A stretch of DNA of 64,000 nucleotides from Octopus sinensis (GCF_006345805.1 NC_042997.1:155682001-155746000), one strand, 5' to 3'. Shown: positions 21,105 through 34,698, numbered from the stretch's first letter. Made by a program: numbers and translations. The notes: generated by a model from the sequence alone, not told the origin.

Positions 21105-21289
21105 TGTGCCATTTTTTTCTTATCCCCTTTCATTTGACCTTTTAAAATTTTCTTTTTGCATTTCTGATCTTTCTGATGTCTAGGGATGGATATTGATGTG
21201 TATGAATCTGTTTTGGATGGAACTGAAGCAGCAAATTTACATTATCTTGTCTTTTATGTAAACACGCATGGAGAATATAGCAAATATAT

Positions 21290-21702
21290 GGATCTTTTCG
21301 GTTTGAACAGCAGTTTTTAACATAATTTCTAGGTAACTAAAATATTTTAAACTTCGTATACTGGTAGAATGTGTTTATAAAACATCTTTTTCTCTTGGCT
21401 TTATTGAGAAAATTCTATAGTTTGTAAGATATTTGTTGTTTTTTTTCTTCAATTTCTGCAATTTCAACCAATCACTGACGTCTATTGAGGTAAAAAGAAC
21501 ATTCTGTGCCGTATGAATATGTCCCTCGTTTAAGAAACAGATTGGGTTTATTTACATTTCTGAAGAAAAAAAGATACCCTTCCCCCCACCCCTAACCTTA
21601 AAACAGATTGAAATGCAATAGATCGATACTAGGGTCATAATTATGGGTAACAATTTCATATGACACCGCTAGAAAAAACTGCCGTTCAAATCGAAATGAT
21701 CC
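21290..21702. mobile_element. non-autonomous DNA transposon (MITE) with ~28-bp TIRs and 8-bp target-site duplication
   Basis: Left TIR ggatcttttcggtttgaacagcagttttt; right end reverse-complements to ggatcatttcgatttgaacggcagttttt. aaatatat is duplicated at 21282-21289 and 21703-21710. An empty-site paralog lies at ~22062-22218. Confidence 0.85.
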
Positions 21703-22257
21703 AAATATATTTCTCTGAAACATCCTCCCACTTGTAAGATACATATAGTAAAATACAAATAAGATCATAGACATTCTGGTATCAATTTATTTCACTTTCT
21801 GTGTTGAACCAACACTGAAAGCTCGTCAGCCAAACTTACTCCAAAAACTATTTCAAAAAACGTTGTTCAACTGAAGGCCCCGCAACTTTCTAATGAACGT
21901 TAGTGAGCAAGTATAAATTTTAAAATTCAAATAATGATAAAGTGGCCAGCAAACATTATTCAAATGAGCAAAATATATAACAATAAAAAGTCAGGGTATC
22001 ATAAGTAGCTGCTTGCTTTAAAGAAGAGTTAAAACCCTCCAAAACCACACATCTCTCACTATATGTAAACACACATGGAGACTATAGCAAATATATTTCT
22101 CCAAAACAATCTTCCCGCTTGTATCATACAAATACAAATAACACCATAGACATTCTGGTATCAATTGATTTTGCTTTCTGTGTTGAACCAATGCTTAAAG
22201 CTTGTCAGCCAGACTTACAATGTAAACTATGTATATATCATACATATGTATCTATGA

Positions 22258-22803
22258 ATCATCATCATCATTTAACGTCCATTGTCCATGCTGGCATGGG
22301 TTAGGTGGTTTGACTGGGCTGGCATGCTGGAAGGCTGCACCAGACTCCAGTCTGATTTGACATGGTTTTCTACGGCTGGATGCCTTTCCTAACTCCAACT
22401 ACTCTGAGAGTGTAATGGGTGCTTTTTTGTGCCAGTGGCATGTGTGATATTTGCGTAACACTGTGCATTTACATGCCACTGGCATGGGTGCCAATTTAAT
22501 TTACACCAGTATCTGCCATGGCTGCAATTTTGCTTGGCTTGATGGGTTTTCTTCTCAAGCATGACATAATGCCAAAGGTCTTAGTCATTGCCTCCATAAG
22601 GCTCAACACTCAAAAGGAACTCAGCCACTCTGCTTCCATGAGGCCCATTGCTTGAAAGGAACTCAGTCACCTCGCCTCCATGAGGCCCAATGCTTGAGAG
22701 GAACTTAGTCACTTTGCCTGCATGAGGCCCAATGTTCAAAAGTTGATTCTTTATGTGCCACCAGCATAGTATTGGTCACTAGTCATTCCCTCTATGAGGC
22801 TCA
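22258..22803 (-). mobile_element. RTE-type LINE 3' UTR fragment with internal subrepeats
   Basis: (CAT)n tail plus tttaacgtccattgtccatgctggcatgggtt and ggatgcc-ttcctaa. Tandem ~37-bp subrepeats (gcctccatgaggcccaatgcttga..ggaactcag). Same family as the 3' ends attached to RT sequence at 23729-24952 and 49640-50912. Confidence 0.75.
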
Positions 22804-22828
22804 AAGGGACATTAATAATGATCTATCT

Positions 22829-23117
22829 TTAGCAAATTGGTCATCTTTACTTCTTACAGTCGTTTCAAATAATACTCAATAATTTAGTTACAAATTTGTG
22901 CATTAAATTTGCATTTATATGACATGAGCATAATTTCATCAGAGAAAAAGGTAAATCTTGAGATGTTACATGCCGACCTCTCAGTTCATTTCAGCAGACT
23001 GAAATGAACTGATAGACTGGCATGTAACGTCATGTAACATAAATGCACAAATTTATAATTAAATTATTGAGTATTAACTGAAACGGCTGTAAGAAGTAAA
23101 GATAACCAATTTGTTAA
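22829..23117. repeat. ~290-bp foldback (long inverted repeat) element
   Basis: The ~75-bp outer arms (caaattggtcatctttacttcttacagtcgtttca...tttgtgcatt and its reverse complement) enclose an inner hairpin at 22962-23031 centred on tcagttcatttcag-caga-ctgaaatgaactga. Confidence 0.85.
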
Positions 23118-23326
23118 TAATAAATAATTATCAACTTCCTACTCTCCAATTTCTTTTCTTCATTTAACTGGATATAAACTATATCCTTAATATATACCTA
23201 TTCCTTTAAGGGAATTTCATTCCCCAATAATACTAGGTATTAAACTGGTATTTCCTTGGATGTAACCATTTTTTACAAGGTTAACATATCCTCTAATTAA
23301 ATTATATATATTATGTGTGTATGTAT

Positions 23327-23708
23327 GCACAGGTGTGGCTGTATGGTAAGAAGTTTACTTTTTGACCACATGGTTTCAGGTTTGGTCTCACAGTGAGGCC
23401 CCTTATGCAAAACAAAAGTCTTGTGGATGGATTTGATAGATGGAAACTGAAAGGATCCAATTATATGCATGTATGTGTTAACTATCTCCTTGCTCTAACC
23501 TCAAGTGATTGTTGTAAATGACTATCTCTGTCATACAAGCAGTGTCCTTCATTCCCAATCTTCCATGAAAACATGATTGGTCCTAGAGAAATGTTACCTT
23601 AAAGGTGAGGGTTAATAACAGGAAGGGCATCGATCTTAGAAAATCCACTTCAATAAAATAATGAAATTCCAGCTGAACCATGCAAACATGGAATAGTGGA
23701 CATTAAAA
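23327..23708 (+). mobile_element. tRNA-headed SINE, degenerate
   Basis: Head ggtgtggctgtatggtaagaag...ggtttcaggtttggtctcac (A/B-box-like), core ggatttgatagatggaaactgaaag, and 3' end catgcaaacatggaatagtggacattaaa resembling the RTE tail. Confidence 0.65.
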
Positions 23709-23728
23709 TTATATATATATATATATAT

Positions 23729-24952
23729 ATCATCATTTAACATTTGTTGTCCATGCTGGCTTGGTTTGGATGGTTTGACCAGGACTGGCAACCTGGAATG
23801 CTGAACCAGACCCCAGTCTGTTTTGGTAGGTTTTCTACACATAGATGCCCTTCCTAAGGCCAACCACTTTGAGAGTGTAGTGGGTGCTTTTATGTGCCAC
23901 TAGCACGGTTGCCATTTGTGTGATACCTGTATCTGCTATGACTGTGGATTTACTTGGCTTGATGGGTCTTCTTCATAATGCCAAATGGACTTGGTCATTG
24001 TCTCAGTGAGGCTCAACACTTGAAGCCCAGCATAATGCCAAATGGTCTCGGTCCTTGCCTCGATAAGGCCCAACACTTAAAAGGTGCTTTTACATGCTAC
24101 CAGCATGTGTGCAATTTGTTTGACACTGGTATCTGCTATGATTGTGATTTTACTGGGCTTGATAGGTCTTCTTCTCAAGTACAACATAATGCCAAAGGTC
24201 TCAGTCATTGCCTCTGTGAGACCCAACATTCAAAAGGAGCTCAACCGCTTTGCCTCCGTGAGGCAAATACTCGGAAAGTGCTTTTTATGTGCCACCTGTA
24301 TGGGTGCTGGTTACATGACACCAGCATCAGCCATGACTGCAATTTCACTTGGCTTGATGGGTCTTCTCAAGCACAGCATATCGCCAAGTGTTTCAGTCAC
24401 TAGTCATTGGCTCTGTGAGGCCCAAAATTCGGAGATCATGCTTCACCATCACATTGTCCTATATCTTCCTAGGTCTACCTCTACCACAGGTTCCCTCCAC
24501 AATTATGGATCAGCACTTCTTTATACAGCTGTCCTTGTCCATATGCATCACATGACCATACTAGTGCAGTTGTCTCTCTTGCACACCAAATCTGATGCCT
24601 CTTGTGCCTAACTTTTCACTCAAGATGCTTACACTGTCGAACGTGCACATCCAGCGAAGCATACTGGTTTCATTTCTTTCAAGCCTACGCATATGCTTGG
24701 CTATCACAGCCCATGTTTCACTGTCATGTAGCATAGCTGTTCACACACAGACATCATACAATATGCCTTTCACTCTGAAAAGCCCTTTGTTGCCAGCAAA
24801 GGCAGGAGCTCTCTAAACTTTGCCCAGCCTAATCTTATTTTGGTAGTTATACTCTCAGAGCATCCATATCTGCTAACTTGATCACCTAGGTAACGGAAGC
24901 TATCCACTACCTCTAGCTTACCACTCCCATGGCAGTTGATGGAATCTAACAA
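23729..24952 (-). mobile_element. 5'-truncated RTE-type LINE (RT C-terminal part plus 3' UTR)
   Basis: Minus frame KLEVVDSFRYLGDQVS..GCSESITTKIRLGWAKFRELLPLL, homologous to the element at 49640-50912, followed by the long 3' UTR with subrepeats and a (GAT)n tail. Confidence 0.85.
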
Positions 24953-25155
24953 ATTGAAGTTCTTGATATATTTACAATGTATGAAAAGACTTAATTCTAA
25001 AAAATATTGATAGTCCTAATGAATTTAGTTTCAACCTTTATTTCAGCTCTCCAAGTTTTAATACTGTAGTATGGCAGTGATAATACCATACTCTGATGTT
25101 AATGTTATGGTGACTGGATTTGATGGTGGTTATCAGTATTTATTTCTGATCTGCA

Positions 25156-25497
25156 ATAATGAAATTATTGTATAGTGCTCAGGTGCACCACAACTTGTCA
25201 AAAGTGCATATAAAGCATATGCAGTAATTTACAAATGCCTGGAAAGTGAACAGTGTATGAGTCAGATACATGCTTGCGTGTGTATGGAGGGGAGAAAATC
25301 AGGTGTAGTGTTGGCGAATCTCAGGAAGCATGGAAGTTTTGAAGGATGCAGTGCTCCGACAACTAACAACTGATGCCGGCAGTTTGTTCCATGCTTCAGC
25401 AACTCTTAGCATGAAAAAATGTTTCCGAAAGTCATGGGAGCTGTACTGTTTTCTGACTTTGTAAACATGTCCACGGGTGTTAGACAGATGGAGTTTT
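25156..25497 (-). mobile_element. CR1-type LINE 3' end (ORF2 C-terminus plus 3' UTR)
   Basis: Minus-strand translation LHLSNTRGHVYKVRKQYSSHDFRKHFFMLRVAEAWNKLPASVVSCRSTASFK matches the CR1 ORF2 terminal pattern TRGH..K...R..FF..RV...WN.LP..VV. Confidence 0.85.
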
Positions 25498-25574
25498 AGA
25501 ATGAAAATCTTTATAAAATGTTCTTTTCCATTCTACATTCTTCTTCCTTATTTTGAAAAGGAGAAATATTTTAA

Positions 25575-25768
25575 CCATTTAGCATTCAGATTCTCTCAAA
25601 TGTAATGCATATTTATTCACATAGTTTTCAATTAATCATGCATTATCTTGTAGCTTTGAGATTTCAATGATGTGACTTATTTTTAGAATGACATTGCAAG
25701 GTAAGATTGAAAAGCCATATGGACATAAAACAGGTAGAATATTTGGGCCAGATATGGTTGGTTTAATG
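25575..25768. mobile_element. piggyBac-like MITE, second copy (right end eroded)
   Basis: Begins after TTAA with ccatttagcattcagatt and is colinear with 212-434. Confidence 0.55.
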
Positions 25769-28700
25769 TTCACTCCACAAATGTCAAGATATTCACTACA
25801 TGGAGGTATACCTAATAGATTAATCCCTTATGTGTTGTTTACTTGGTTCATTTTGTTCCTGTGTGATTGATTATAATTCTCATTGCACTGCAAGTATGTT
25901 ATGCAGTAAATCAAACTTTTTTTTAATTACAGTTCATATTTTCATCAACTCTGAATAGTTTTCCATTCTTGAATTAGTTCACTCTGTTCAATAAAATCAC
26001 ATATCCCACAAATAGGGTCTTCACATAATTTCTTTTGATGTAAATCTGCCATTTGTTAAGAGACTTTTAAGATTAGGTGACAGTCTCTGACTGAATAATT
26101 TATGACTTTCACTCAGATTTGATAATGGGAGAAGGATTGCAAAATATCATTTAGTGGAATCTAAAATATTGTGGTTTGGGAATTGTAACTACATATGGCA
26201 TATTTCCATTTGTGTCCTCTTCACTGCTAAAGTTTCTTCTTAAATCAGGAATTAAGATTAGTTTTGCATTATTCATGAATTCTTCCTGATATGTTTTGTC
26301 TTTTGATGAACATTTCAATTTCTTTGTTTTCTCTGTCTATTTGAATATCTAACTATGGCACATGTCTCTTTTCTGTTTACAGGATATTTATTTTAGTATG
26401 GAATGGATGGCAAGATCTAAAATCTAATTTCTGACAACTATGTGTTATTTTTATAACACTTGTGATGAGATTTTTAGAATCAAAGAAAATAAATGACATC
26501 CAGTTTAAGATTATTTTTCATAAAAATTGATAACTCATTTAAAGCAAAATTGTAAAAAAATACTTTGAAGTCTGTGTTATATTTTGGAATACAAGTAAGG
26601 AAGAACTTAAAAGATTTCACAAATGGGTCGAAAATATTCATGAATCAATCAGTGAGCCATCAAACTTCTCTTGCCTTAATTATAAACTCCAAATTTAAAA
26701 AAGTTACAATTCAAGTTTACCCCACAAAAAACTCATTACTTAATGTCTTTCATGCAGGCATGGGGTGGATGGCTTAACAGAAACTAGTGAGTTGCAAGGC
26801 TGCATCAAGCTCCAATGTTAGCTTTGGCATAGTTTCTACTGCTAGATGCCCTTTCTAGTGCCTTACAGTATGAACAGGCTGCTTTTTTTCATGCCACCAG
26901 CTCTAGTGAGACTAAGTAACTTGTAAGACAGGAAAAGGAGAAAGCTTCCTTGTTTAAGTGGGCAAGTATTAGAAAAGGGGGAGAGATGGCTTTATACCAG
27001 GTGTTAGGAGGTTAAAGTATGATAGGACAAGCACAGGTGTCTTGTACATAGAATTAAATAAGCACAACTAGACTATACTGAAGTGAGCTTCTACCAGCAC
27101 AAAAATAAGTGGTGTTTTTTTCTTTGCCATAACTTTAGTATTTTGATATCTAAATACATCTATTACATAAAGAGCTGAAGATGTAACCTTGATATCATAG
27201 AGTCATGAAAAACAAAAACTAAAGCAACACAAAAGGTAATCAGATACAGCAATAAACTAAATTAATAAAGAGCTTATCCTTACAAACTTACATCTGTATC
27301 AAAATTTAACAAAAATCTTGTATTACAGCTTGAAGTTAGAGAGAGATTCACAAATTAAAAGGTAACAAGGAAAGAATGAGCATTGCTTGATTAATATTAG
27401 CTGATATGCCAAGGTGGGAAATAATACATCTTTAGCGATATACAAACTGTAAGCTCTATCAACTATAAAAATACAGAAAACATTTCCAATGTTTTTTGTC
27501 TTTTTCTGAATACCTGGTGATTGAAATTTAAAAAAAAAGGAAAGATACTCTACTTGCCATTTCAATTTAGCAATCTAACTGACTTTTCCCATATTTGCTC
27601 ACTTACATACTCCATTTTTATAATTTTTTCATGCTAACATAGGTTAGACAGCAGTGTCTCACTCCTAATCGAGACACCTCATCATCTGATATGTACAACA
27701 GAGAAAACATTCAATCTTTGTAGTTCTGTATCACACATTTTGAGATGAACCAAGTGAAGTTGTCTGGTACAGGTGAGATCTTAGTTATCAAGGACAGCCA
27801 AATGTTACTTTTATGTAATTTTATATTACAATTGACAATCTTTTGAAACTTTTCAACTTTAAAATATATGCTAGTCATTTTTTAAATTTCATTTTTAGAC
27901 TGTAGCAATATTTTCAAACAATATTTAAATTTCAGAATCCAGAATTTCACTGTAATTTGGATTACATACAAGCAACCTATAGGGAAATGAGGAATAAGAG
28001 AAATTTTACTAATTGTATACTGAAGTAAATCACTATTATTCGAGCTAACAAAAGCCTTTAAATGGTTGTTAGGCCAACTAGAAATAGCAGGCTATTATAT
28101 TACAGTAGTGATTCTAAAATATTTATAAACATCTCTTTGGCCTCCATCGGTTATTAATGACCATGGACGAAGGTTCTAGTTGTCCACCCTACAGGTCTCT
28201 GTAACACTTGTGGGCTGTTCCAGCACTGCTTGGGATGTATTAGTTCTTTTTCTCTAGTACAAGGTGTTCAATAGAATTCAAGCCTGGGCAATACGGTACA
28301 GAGAACAGATTGTTGCCAAAGTGTTGTGTCCCCCTTCTTCACATCATTGATGGATCCAAAGGAACAGCAGAGCCATTACAATTTGGTACCAACACCATCA
28401 TAGGAACTGCTAGAATGACGTTCTAGACAACATTGAACTGCTCAGACTCCTAATTTTTCCTCGGGGCTTACTCCCAAAACCTTTCCCATGGTTGAGTATG
28501 GCCACAAAACAGTGGAGTTTTGAAATCAAGGTTTTCCTTCACCTTGATGGGTTATCCCCTACCCAAGTTGCTAATTAACCCACACCTGGAACCCTGATAG
28601 ATGCTACTACTCCCAGTCAGAATAGACCCGTGAACAATAGTGGCTAAGAGATGGTTCCACACCCCTCAAAATCTGAGAACTCCTGAACCACTACAGGATG

Positions 28701-29383
28701 AAGTTTAAAGTTTACTAAAATTAAAAGACAGGTAAATACTGCAAAGTGTTTCATCTGGTATTCTACAAAATCTGCCAGTTTATCACTCTCTTTAGACCAA
28801 ATAATTCTTTTTTTAAATGCTGAAATATAAAATATCACAGAGAAAAAAAATATTTTGTCAGGCTCTTCATACTCCTTCACCAGCAAATTCACAAATTAAA
28901 TAGTAAATCATATTTTATTATTAGTATTTCTTTTTTAACTTGACAAACAAATAAATGAGAACAAATATGACTTTTTTTCCTTCCAAATTGATTTTTCTTT
29001 TATAGATCACAGTTTCAGCAATAAAAATACATCTTTTGACAATTGTCTGGTTGGGTTTTGTTCAATATAGATGTAACTTGATACTGTCCAAGTTTACATA
29101 AATTAATGAAGTAGAGAGGGGAATTATTTATTAGGGGTGAGTTAAAGTTTACTTATGAATGTAGAAAGAAAGAATTAGTTAGGTATGTATAGGAGAGTGT
29201 ATATGCACTTTGTAAAGGGAAGTATGTATAAATGTACAGGAATGTTTTTGTGTGATTGGTGTGCAAAAATGTATAACAAGTACTGATGACACAATGAGAT
29301 TGTTACTTAAGAACAGATAATAGTTGTTTAGTTGAACTGGTAAATCACATTTACTAAGTTTTATAAAATTCCATTGCAAACTC

Positions 29384-29427
<44 letters not shown>

Positions 29428-30627
29428 AAACGTTCATGTATGCGTAAATACACATAAACATACATATATATACACATGTATGTCTATACATACACACATA
29501 TATGTATGCATGCATATATATATATGTATATGTATGTATTATATATACGCACATGTATGCATATACATCTTTATACCAATTCACACATACAAAGCAACAT
29601 AAAAACACTTTTGTTGTAACTGATCTCAAATGAAAAAAATTGTAATAATTTAAGAAAAAAACTATTACAAGAAAGTTAAAAAAAAAAGAAAAAATCTTCA
29701 AAATAGAAATATTGAGTATTCTTCAAGAACTGCTACTTTTGTTTTGAAAATGGTGGGGCATACTGATCAGTATAAGGAATATCCAAATACTAATGATTCA
29801 GCATGTCAAAGAGTAAAAAAAAAAACTTATTTCTGTTGGTCTTTAAATGTGTGCACATTAGGTATGTTATATAACAATTAACACCAATTAGGTTTCTAAG
29901 AAATTTCCTGATAAAATTATATTTTTTGAATAGCACCAAGAACATCACGTTTCAAAAAGCTGCTGTAAAATCTGATTGGGTGAGAAAGATAGATAGACAG
30001 AAAAAGATTGAGAGAGAGAGACAGGAGGAGGAATAATAATAATAATAATAAAAATTAAAAAATCACATCTAACACCATAACAAAATCACAAAAAGAAAAA
30101 CAACTTCCAAAATAAAAAATTGGTTCTAAGAAGTCAGGAAAAGAAAGACAGGAACATAAACATAAAAATAGAGATGTGTGAAGAGAGAAAACATATTTGG
30201 AGAAAGACAGAAACAAGGAATGGAAGAGTTGCCAGCTACAGGCACAGCAAGCAACTATTAAGGATTTCTAAACACAAAGTTCAGTTTAATAATGAAACTA
30301 AATTTCTTTCCATAATTGAAACAGTTAATCTAACACAGAACAAAGCCAATGAAGTGTTAATTCAGTTACCATTATGTACACACTTATATTCATGCATGCA
30401 AACATACATACAGGCACACACACACAAACATATTTTACATACTATATGCACTTAACTGTCAGTTTGACAAAGGGAAAATACTGCAATCATTGGATGTGTT
30501 TGTCTGGATCTGAAATACCTTGAAAATATGAGGCAGTGGAGGAGCCATACTCAATCATATTCACATACACATATCTGCACCCAAACACACACAAATATAT
30601 ATTTAAAATATATATATATATACACCC

Positions 30628-30955
30628 TCATCATCATTTAAGATCCACTTTTGTATGCTTGCAAGGATCAGACAGAATTTGTTGAGGCAGGCTTACTATG
30701 CCTAGATGCTCTCATTGAAGCCAACCCTCATCTGTTACCAAGCAAACTAATATTTCCCCATGGCTAGACATGTTTTTCATGGAAGACTAGAAACAAATAA
30801 CACTACTTGTATGCCAGTGATGCCTATTTACAACCATCACATGATTTCAAGACAAGGGTACACACATGCACATGTATATATATATATACAATGGGCCTCC
30901 TTTGGTTTCCATATACTAAATCGATTCACAAAGTTTTGGTTGGCCCAAGGCTATA
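30628..30955 (-). mobile_element. degenerate SINE-like repeat
   Basis: (CAT)n tail, aatatttccccatggctagacatg, and attcacaaagttttggttggcccaaggctat, shared with the 18513 and 37500 copies. Confidence 0.55.
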
Positions 30956-31066
30956 TATAGATATATATATAGTCTTGGGCCAGTGTACATACATATATGT
31001 ATACATACATATATATGTTTACATACATACAGATATACACATACATAGATATATATATACATATGT

Positions 31067-31101
<35 letters not shown>

Positions 31102-31623
31102 CACATACATATCTATACATACATATACATATCTATAAATGAATATATATATATATATATACATACTCATATATATATATACATACTCACATACATATAT
31201 ACATATGTATGTGTGTATATAAATACACACACATGTATGGGCACACATTTTATAATGACTGAGAAGACAAAGTGTCTCTAGCACTAGCAGTAGGGAGTAT
31301 TCTTACATTGAAAACCTGGCAGAAATGCATGCACCAGAATGGATTCTGACAAAGAACACAATGACCAAATGATGGTGCTAAACCGGGCAGATAGATTATC
31401 CACGCATACACTATATACACACACAAACATATATACATATGTACATCTATGCCAGTCGCCTTGAAAAATGTAAAAGAAATTTTTTAAAAGAACAGGCCAG
31501 ACTATCAATAGAGCTTAGCTAAATTTATGAGTACATGAATTACTATTGTATGTATTGAGTACATTTATCTCTCATTTGTTTACCAAAATGAATAAATATA
31601 TTACACACACATACATTTATAAC

Positions 31624-31657
<34 letters not shown>

Positions 31658-32899
31658 ATATATATGTCAATGTATTATGAAAAAAATTTGTAATCCAGTT
31701 ACAACCAGCTAGTAATTACAGCTGAATATTAATGCACATACATGCACACACACATACAAACACAAAACGTGTAAAAATAACTGTTTCTACAGTTTACTAG
31801 AATGAAACTAGTGAAAAAATATGGTGGGAAAAGGTTTTTTTCTTTTTTCAAACATAATTACTGAAATTTTGTATTTTAAAAATAGAGAAACTCAATAAGA
31901 TATTTAAAAAAAAAAAAAAGTGTGGGTTCTAGAAGTTTATAAATTTGAGTAAGAAAATATTACTGTCCTATACATACAGAGGTTAGTCAATAAATAGGTA
32001 GTATGTCTTATGACATAAATACATACATACATAGGTATGTATATACATAGACACAAAGACACTTGGAAGTGAATGTAATCTTCATGGGGGCTTATGCTTG
32101 GGCTACCTTGTAGACTACAACATACTGAAATTGTCACATTCTATCATTCAAAATTTTCAGTGGGAATATTTGCTATGCCTTTTAAGCTTTAATTTGGTCG
32201 GCCCTTTTTGCCTGAAAGTTAAAATTGTCAGTGTCTATGTTAGAAAGGAAAGTATTTTAAATACAGAATCAATTTTAGTTGGGCAATAAACAATATATAT
32301 TCTAGTTGGTATAAGATTTAACAGAAATAAAACAGTCAACTAATCTATCTGGGATTATATATGTATAAAAAAAATAATTTTTTTTTTTTTAAATGAAAAG
32401 AGGATAGGGTTTCCCTGAATTTTCAGCATCACAGACAATTTGGAAACTTATGACATGATCAATGCAATAAGACAAAAAGAGATGATACTATGCTTGAGTC
32501 TGACTTATTCCGTCAAACAACGAAGAAACCCAAACTACAGCCATCCATTCTGTTGTGATGTGGTAAGAACACATAGCAAATGGTTTGAAGTATTTTGAGT
32601 AGCAGACAGAAAGTGACAAGTTAAATATAATTATCAGTTGGTAGTCCAGATATTGTGTACATGACATGATTATTCTCCTCACAAATTAATACATATCCAC
32701 AATGTAATTATAAAATCCTGGTTCTTTATCAACCCACCCGCATAAGTATACATACATACATATTTTTATATATACATATATATATATAGATAGATATTCT
32801 GTAAGAAGCCTGCAAAACTAAGTTGCATAGAGCCAAATCAAACTGTTTTGAATAATAATACATATATATATGTTTATATACACGTTTATATATACATAT

Positions 32900-32936
<37 letters not shown>

Positions 32937-33068
32937 TGTTTATATGTATGTATATATATATAGATATATATATATATACATGTTTATATGTGTATATATA
33001 TGTGTGTGTGTGTGTGTACATATACATATAAATGTAGATATATACACACACACACACATATATGTATA

Positions 33069-33935
33069 TGATGGGGCACCCAAAAGATACTGGAATTTTG
33101 CAATATTATTTTATTCACTTAATTTTATATGTTTACCCTTTTATCTCCTTGGAAGCATTCTCCATTTGAAGCAAAGCATCAGTCCAGGCATGTTTTCCGC
33201 TATACGAAGCAGTGCTGGAACTCTTGCGAAGAGATGCCTTTTACTGCCTCCGTTGTATTATTCTTCACCGCTTCCACATCTGCAAATTCCATAGCATCAG
33301 TTTTCCTCACCAGTGACGACCTTTGAAAAAAATGTCCAGATCAACTTCCAGCTATTCTTTCAGTTCACGACTGCTTTTGATCTTCCACGAGCAAGCGAAG
33401 CACAAATTTTGCTGCAACTCTTTTCATTCACGATTCCTCACTCAAATTTCATTGGCAGGAGCTCCAGGATACACCAGTCATATCAACAAGTTCGTCAATT
33501 GTTTAGTGACGGTCCTCCAAGATCACTTCATGAATTTTCCTGTTGTTTTCATTCGTCCGGGAGGTTGACAGTCATCCTGAACAAGGTTGGTCTTCAAGCA
33601 ACAAGTAACTGTCCCTAAAGCATGGAAATCACCCGTAAACTTGTGTTTTACTCACGGCAGTGTCCTTGCAAGCTGTTTCAGCCACCGTTTACCCCAGCAA
33701 GAAACAGAATTACATGGAAGTGCACAGTTAACTTCATTTCAGCCATTGCAAAAATCAACAAACGGGGAAGCACTGCAAAACAAAGACACACCATGTGGCA
33801 GTATGGTCTAACTGGGTGCCATTTGTCGACAGACTGATGCCTGAGGGTCACAAGTGGCTTCTAGCAGCAGTAACCTGAACTATAACAGGTTTGTCCCACA
33901 GAGAATGTTTCTGGTTACTTTTGGGTACCCCGTCA
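33069..33935 (-). mobile_element. internally deleted mariner element with transposase remnants
   Basis: TIRs tgatggggcacccaaaagatactggaa (left) and tgacggggtacccaaaagtaaccagaa (right, reverse complement), both flanked by TA. Minus-strand remnants STSRTNEN and SKVVTGEE correspond to the mariner GRPST and VTGDETW motifs. Confidence 0.75.
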
Positions 33936-34507
33936 TATATATATATATATATATACACACAATATATAAAATATACATATGAATAATATGTATATATGTA
34001 TATCTATGCAAGTAATATACAGTATTGTCACTTTTCGGCATATGTTGTATATAATGATGCCAAGGCAGGAAAAGTAGAAAGAAACTCATAGAGTCCCTTC
34101 CTTTTACAGCTGAACTTTTTCACTTTTCATTGTTTGGTTGTTTTTTTTGCCATTTTTCTTTTTTTTTTTTACAGAAAGAGATAACAAATTAAAACTTTTA
34201 TGAAAGGAGCATGAGAAATGCAGAACATACAAGGTAGGGTATTAAAGAGAATTAGCCTAATATTTTTCTTATCTTTTCGAATGTTTGATAAAATATGAAC
34301 ATTCCATTCTTTTAATTATTTCAAATTATTTAAGAGTTTCCTTTGTCTTTTTCACTAAAAAAAAAATTGTGAGGAATGGGTGTCTTTCCATTTTTTTTTT
34401 AAATTTCAAATATATCATCATCATCTTCATCATCCTCATCACCTGATTAAAGATCAATGGGGAAAGTGAGGAAGTATACATTTATTTACACATTCATGAA
34501 AAATTTG

Positions 34508-34698
34508 TCAGAGAAAATAGGGGGTAGTTGATCGAGTAGGGATGACTCTCTCGTTGTCTGGGACAGCATCAAACAACATGGCTTCCTTGTTATTGCAGTC
34601 TGTAAACGATAGCACTGCCGCCACATTGCCACATCGGTAGCAATAATTTGGAGCAGACCAGACAGTCACCAATTTCTCATCAAACATGTACCGGTAAC
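34508..34698 (-). CDS. PPP6C: PPP6C exon 10 (terminal)
   Basis: (G)[62 protein letters not shown]; AG acceptor at 34699-34700. Confidence 0.97.

Noticed and set aside
22570-22740. Regularly spaced short repeats (also at 44830-45065 and 50575-50750) superficially like a CRISPR array
   Set aside because: The intervening sequences are themselves similar, the arrays lie within an RTE LINE 3' UTR, the DNA is eukaryotic and there are no cas genes.
23978-24816. Plus-strand ORFs of 141, 175 and 73 aa (and similar ORFs at 44698-45241, 50357-50752, 51516-51997)
   Set aside because: Antisense or UTR frames of RTE LINE fragments, not host genes.
28130-28570. GC-richer segment that looks like an interspersed repeat or LINE UTR
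   Set aside because: No second copy in the window, no termini and no coding motif, so I cannot support a classification.
28900-34507. Possible long PPP6C 3' UTR and poly(A) signals (AATAAA on the minus strand at 34481-34486 and further downstream)
   Set aside because: AATAAA is frequent by chance in such AT-rich DNA; the transcript end cannot be determined without RNA data.
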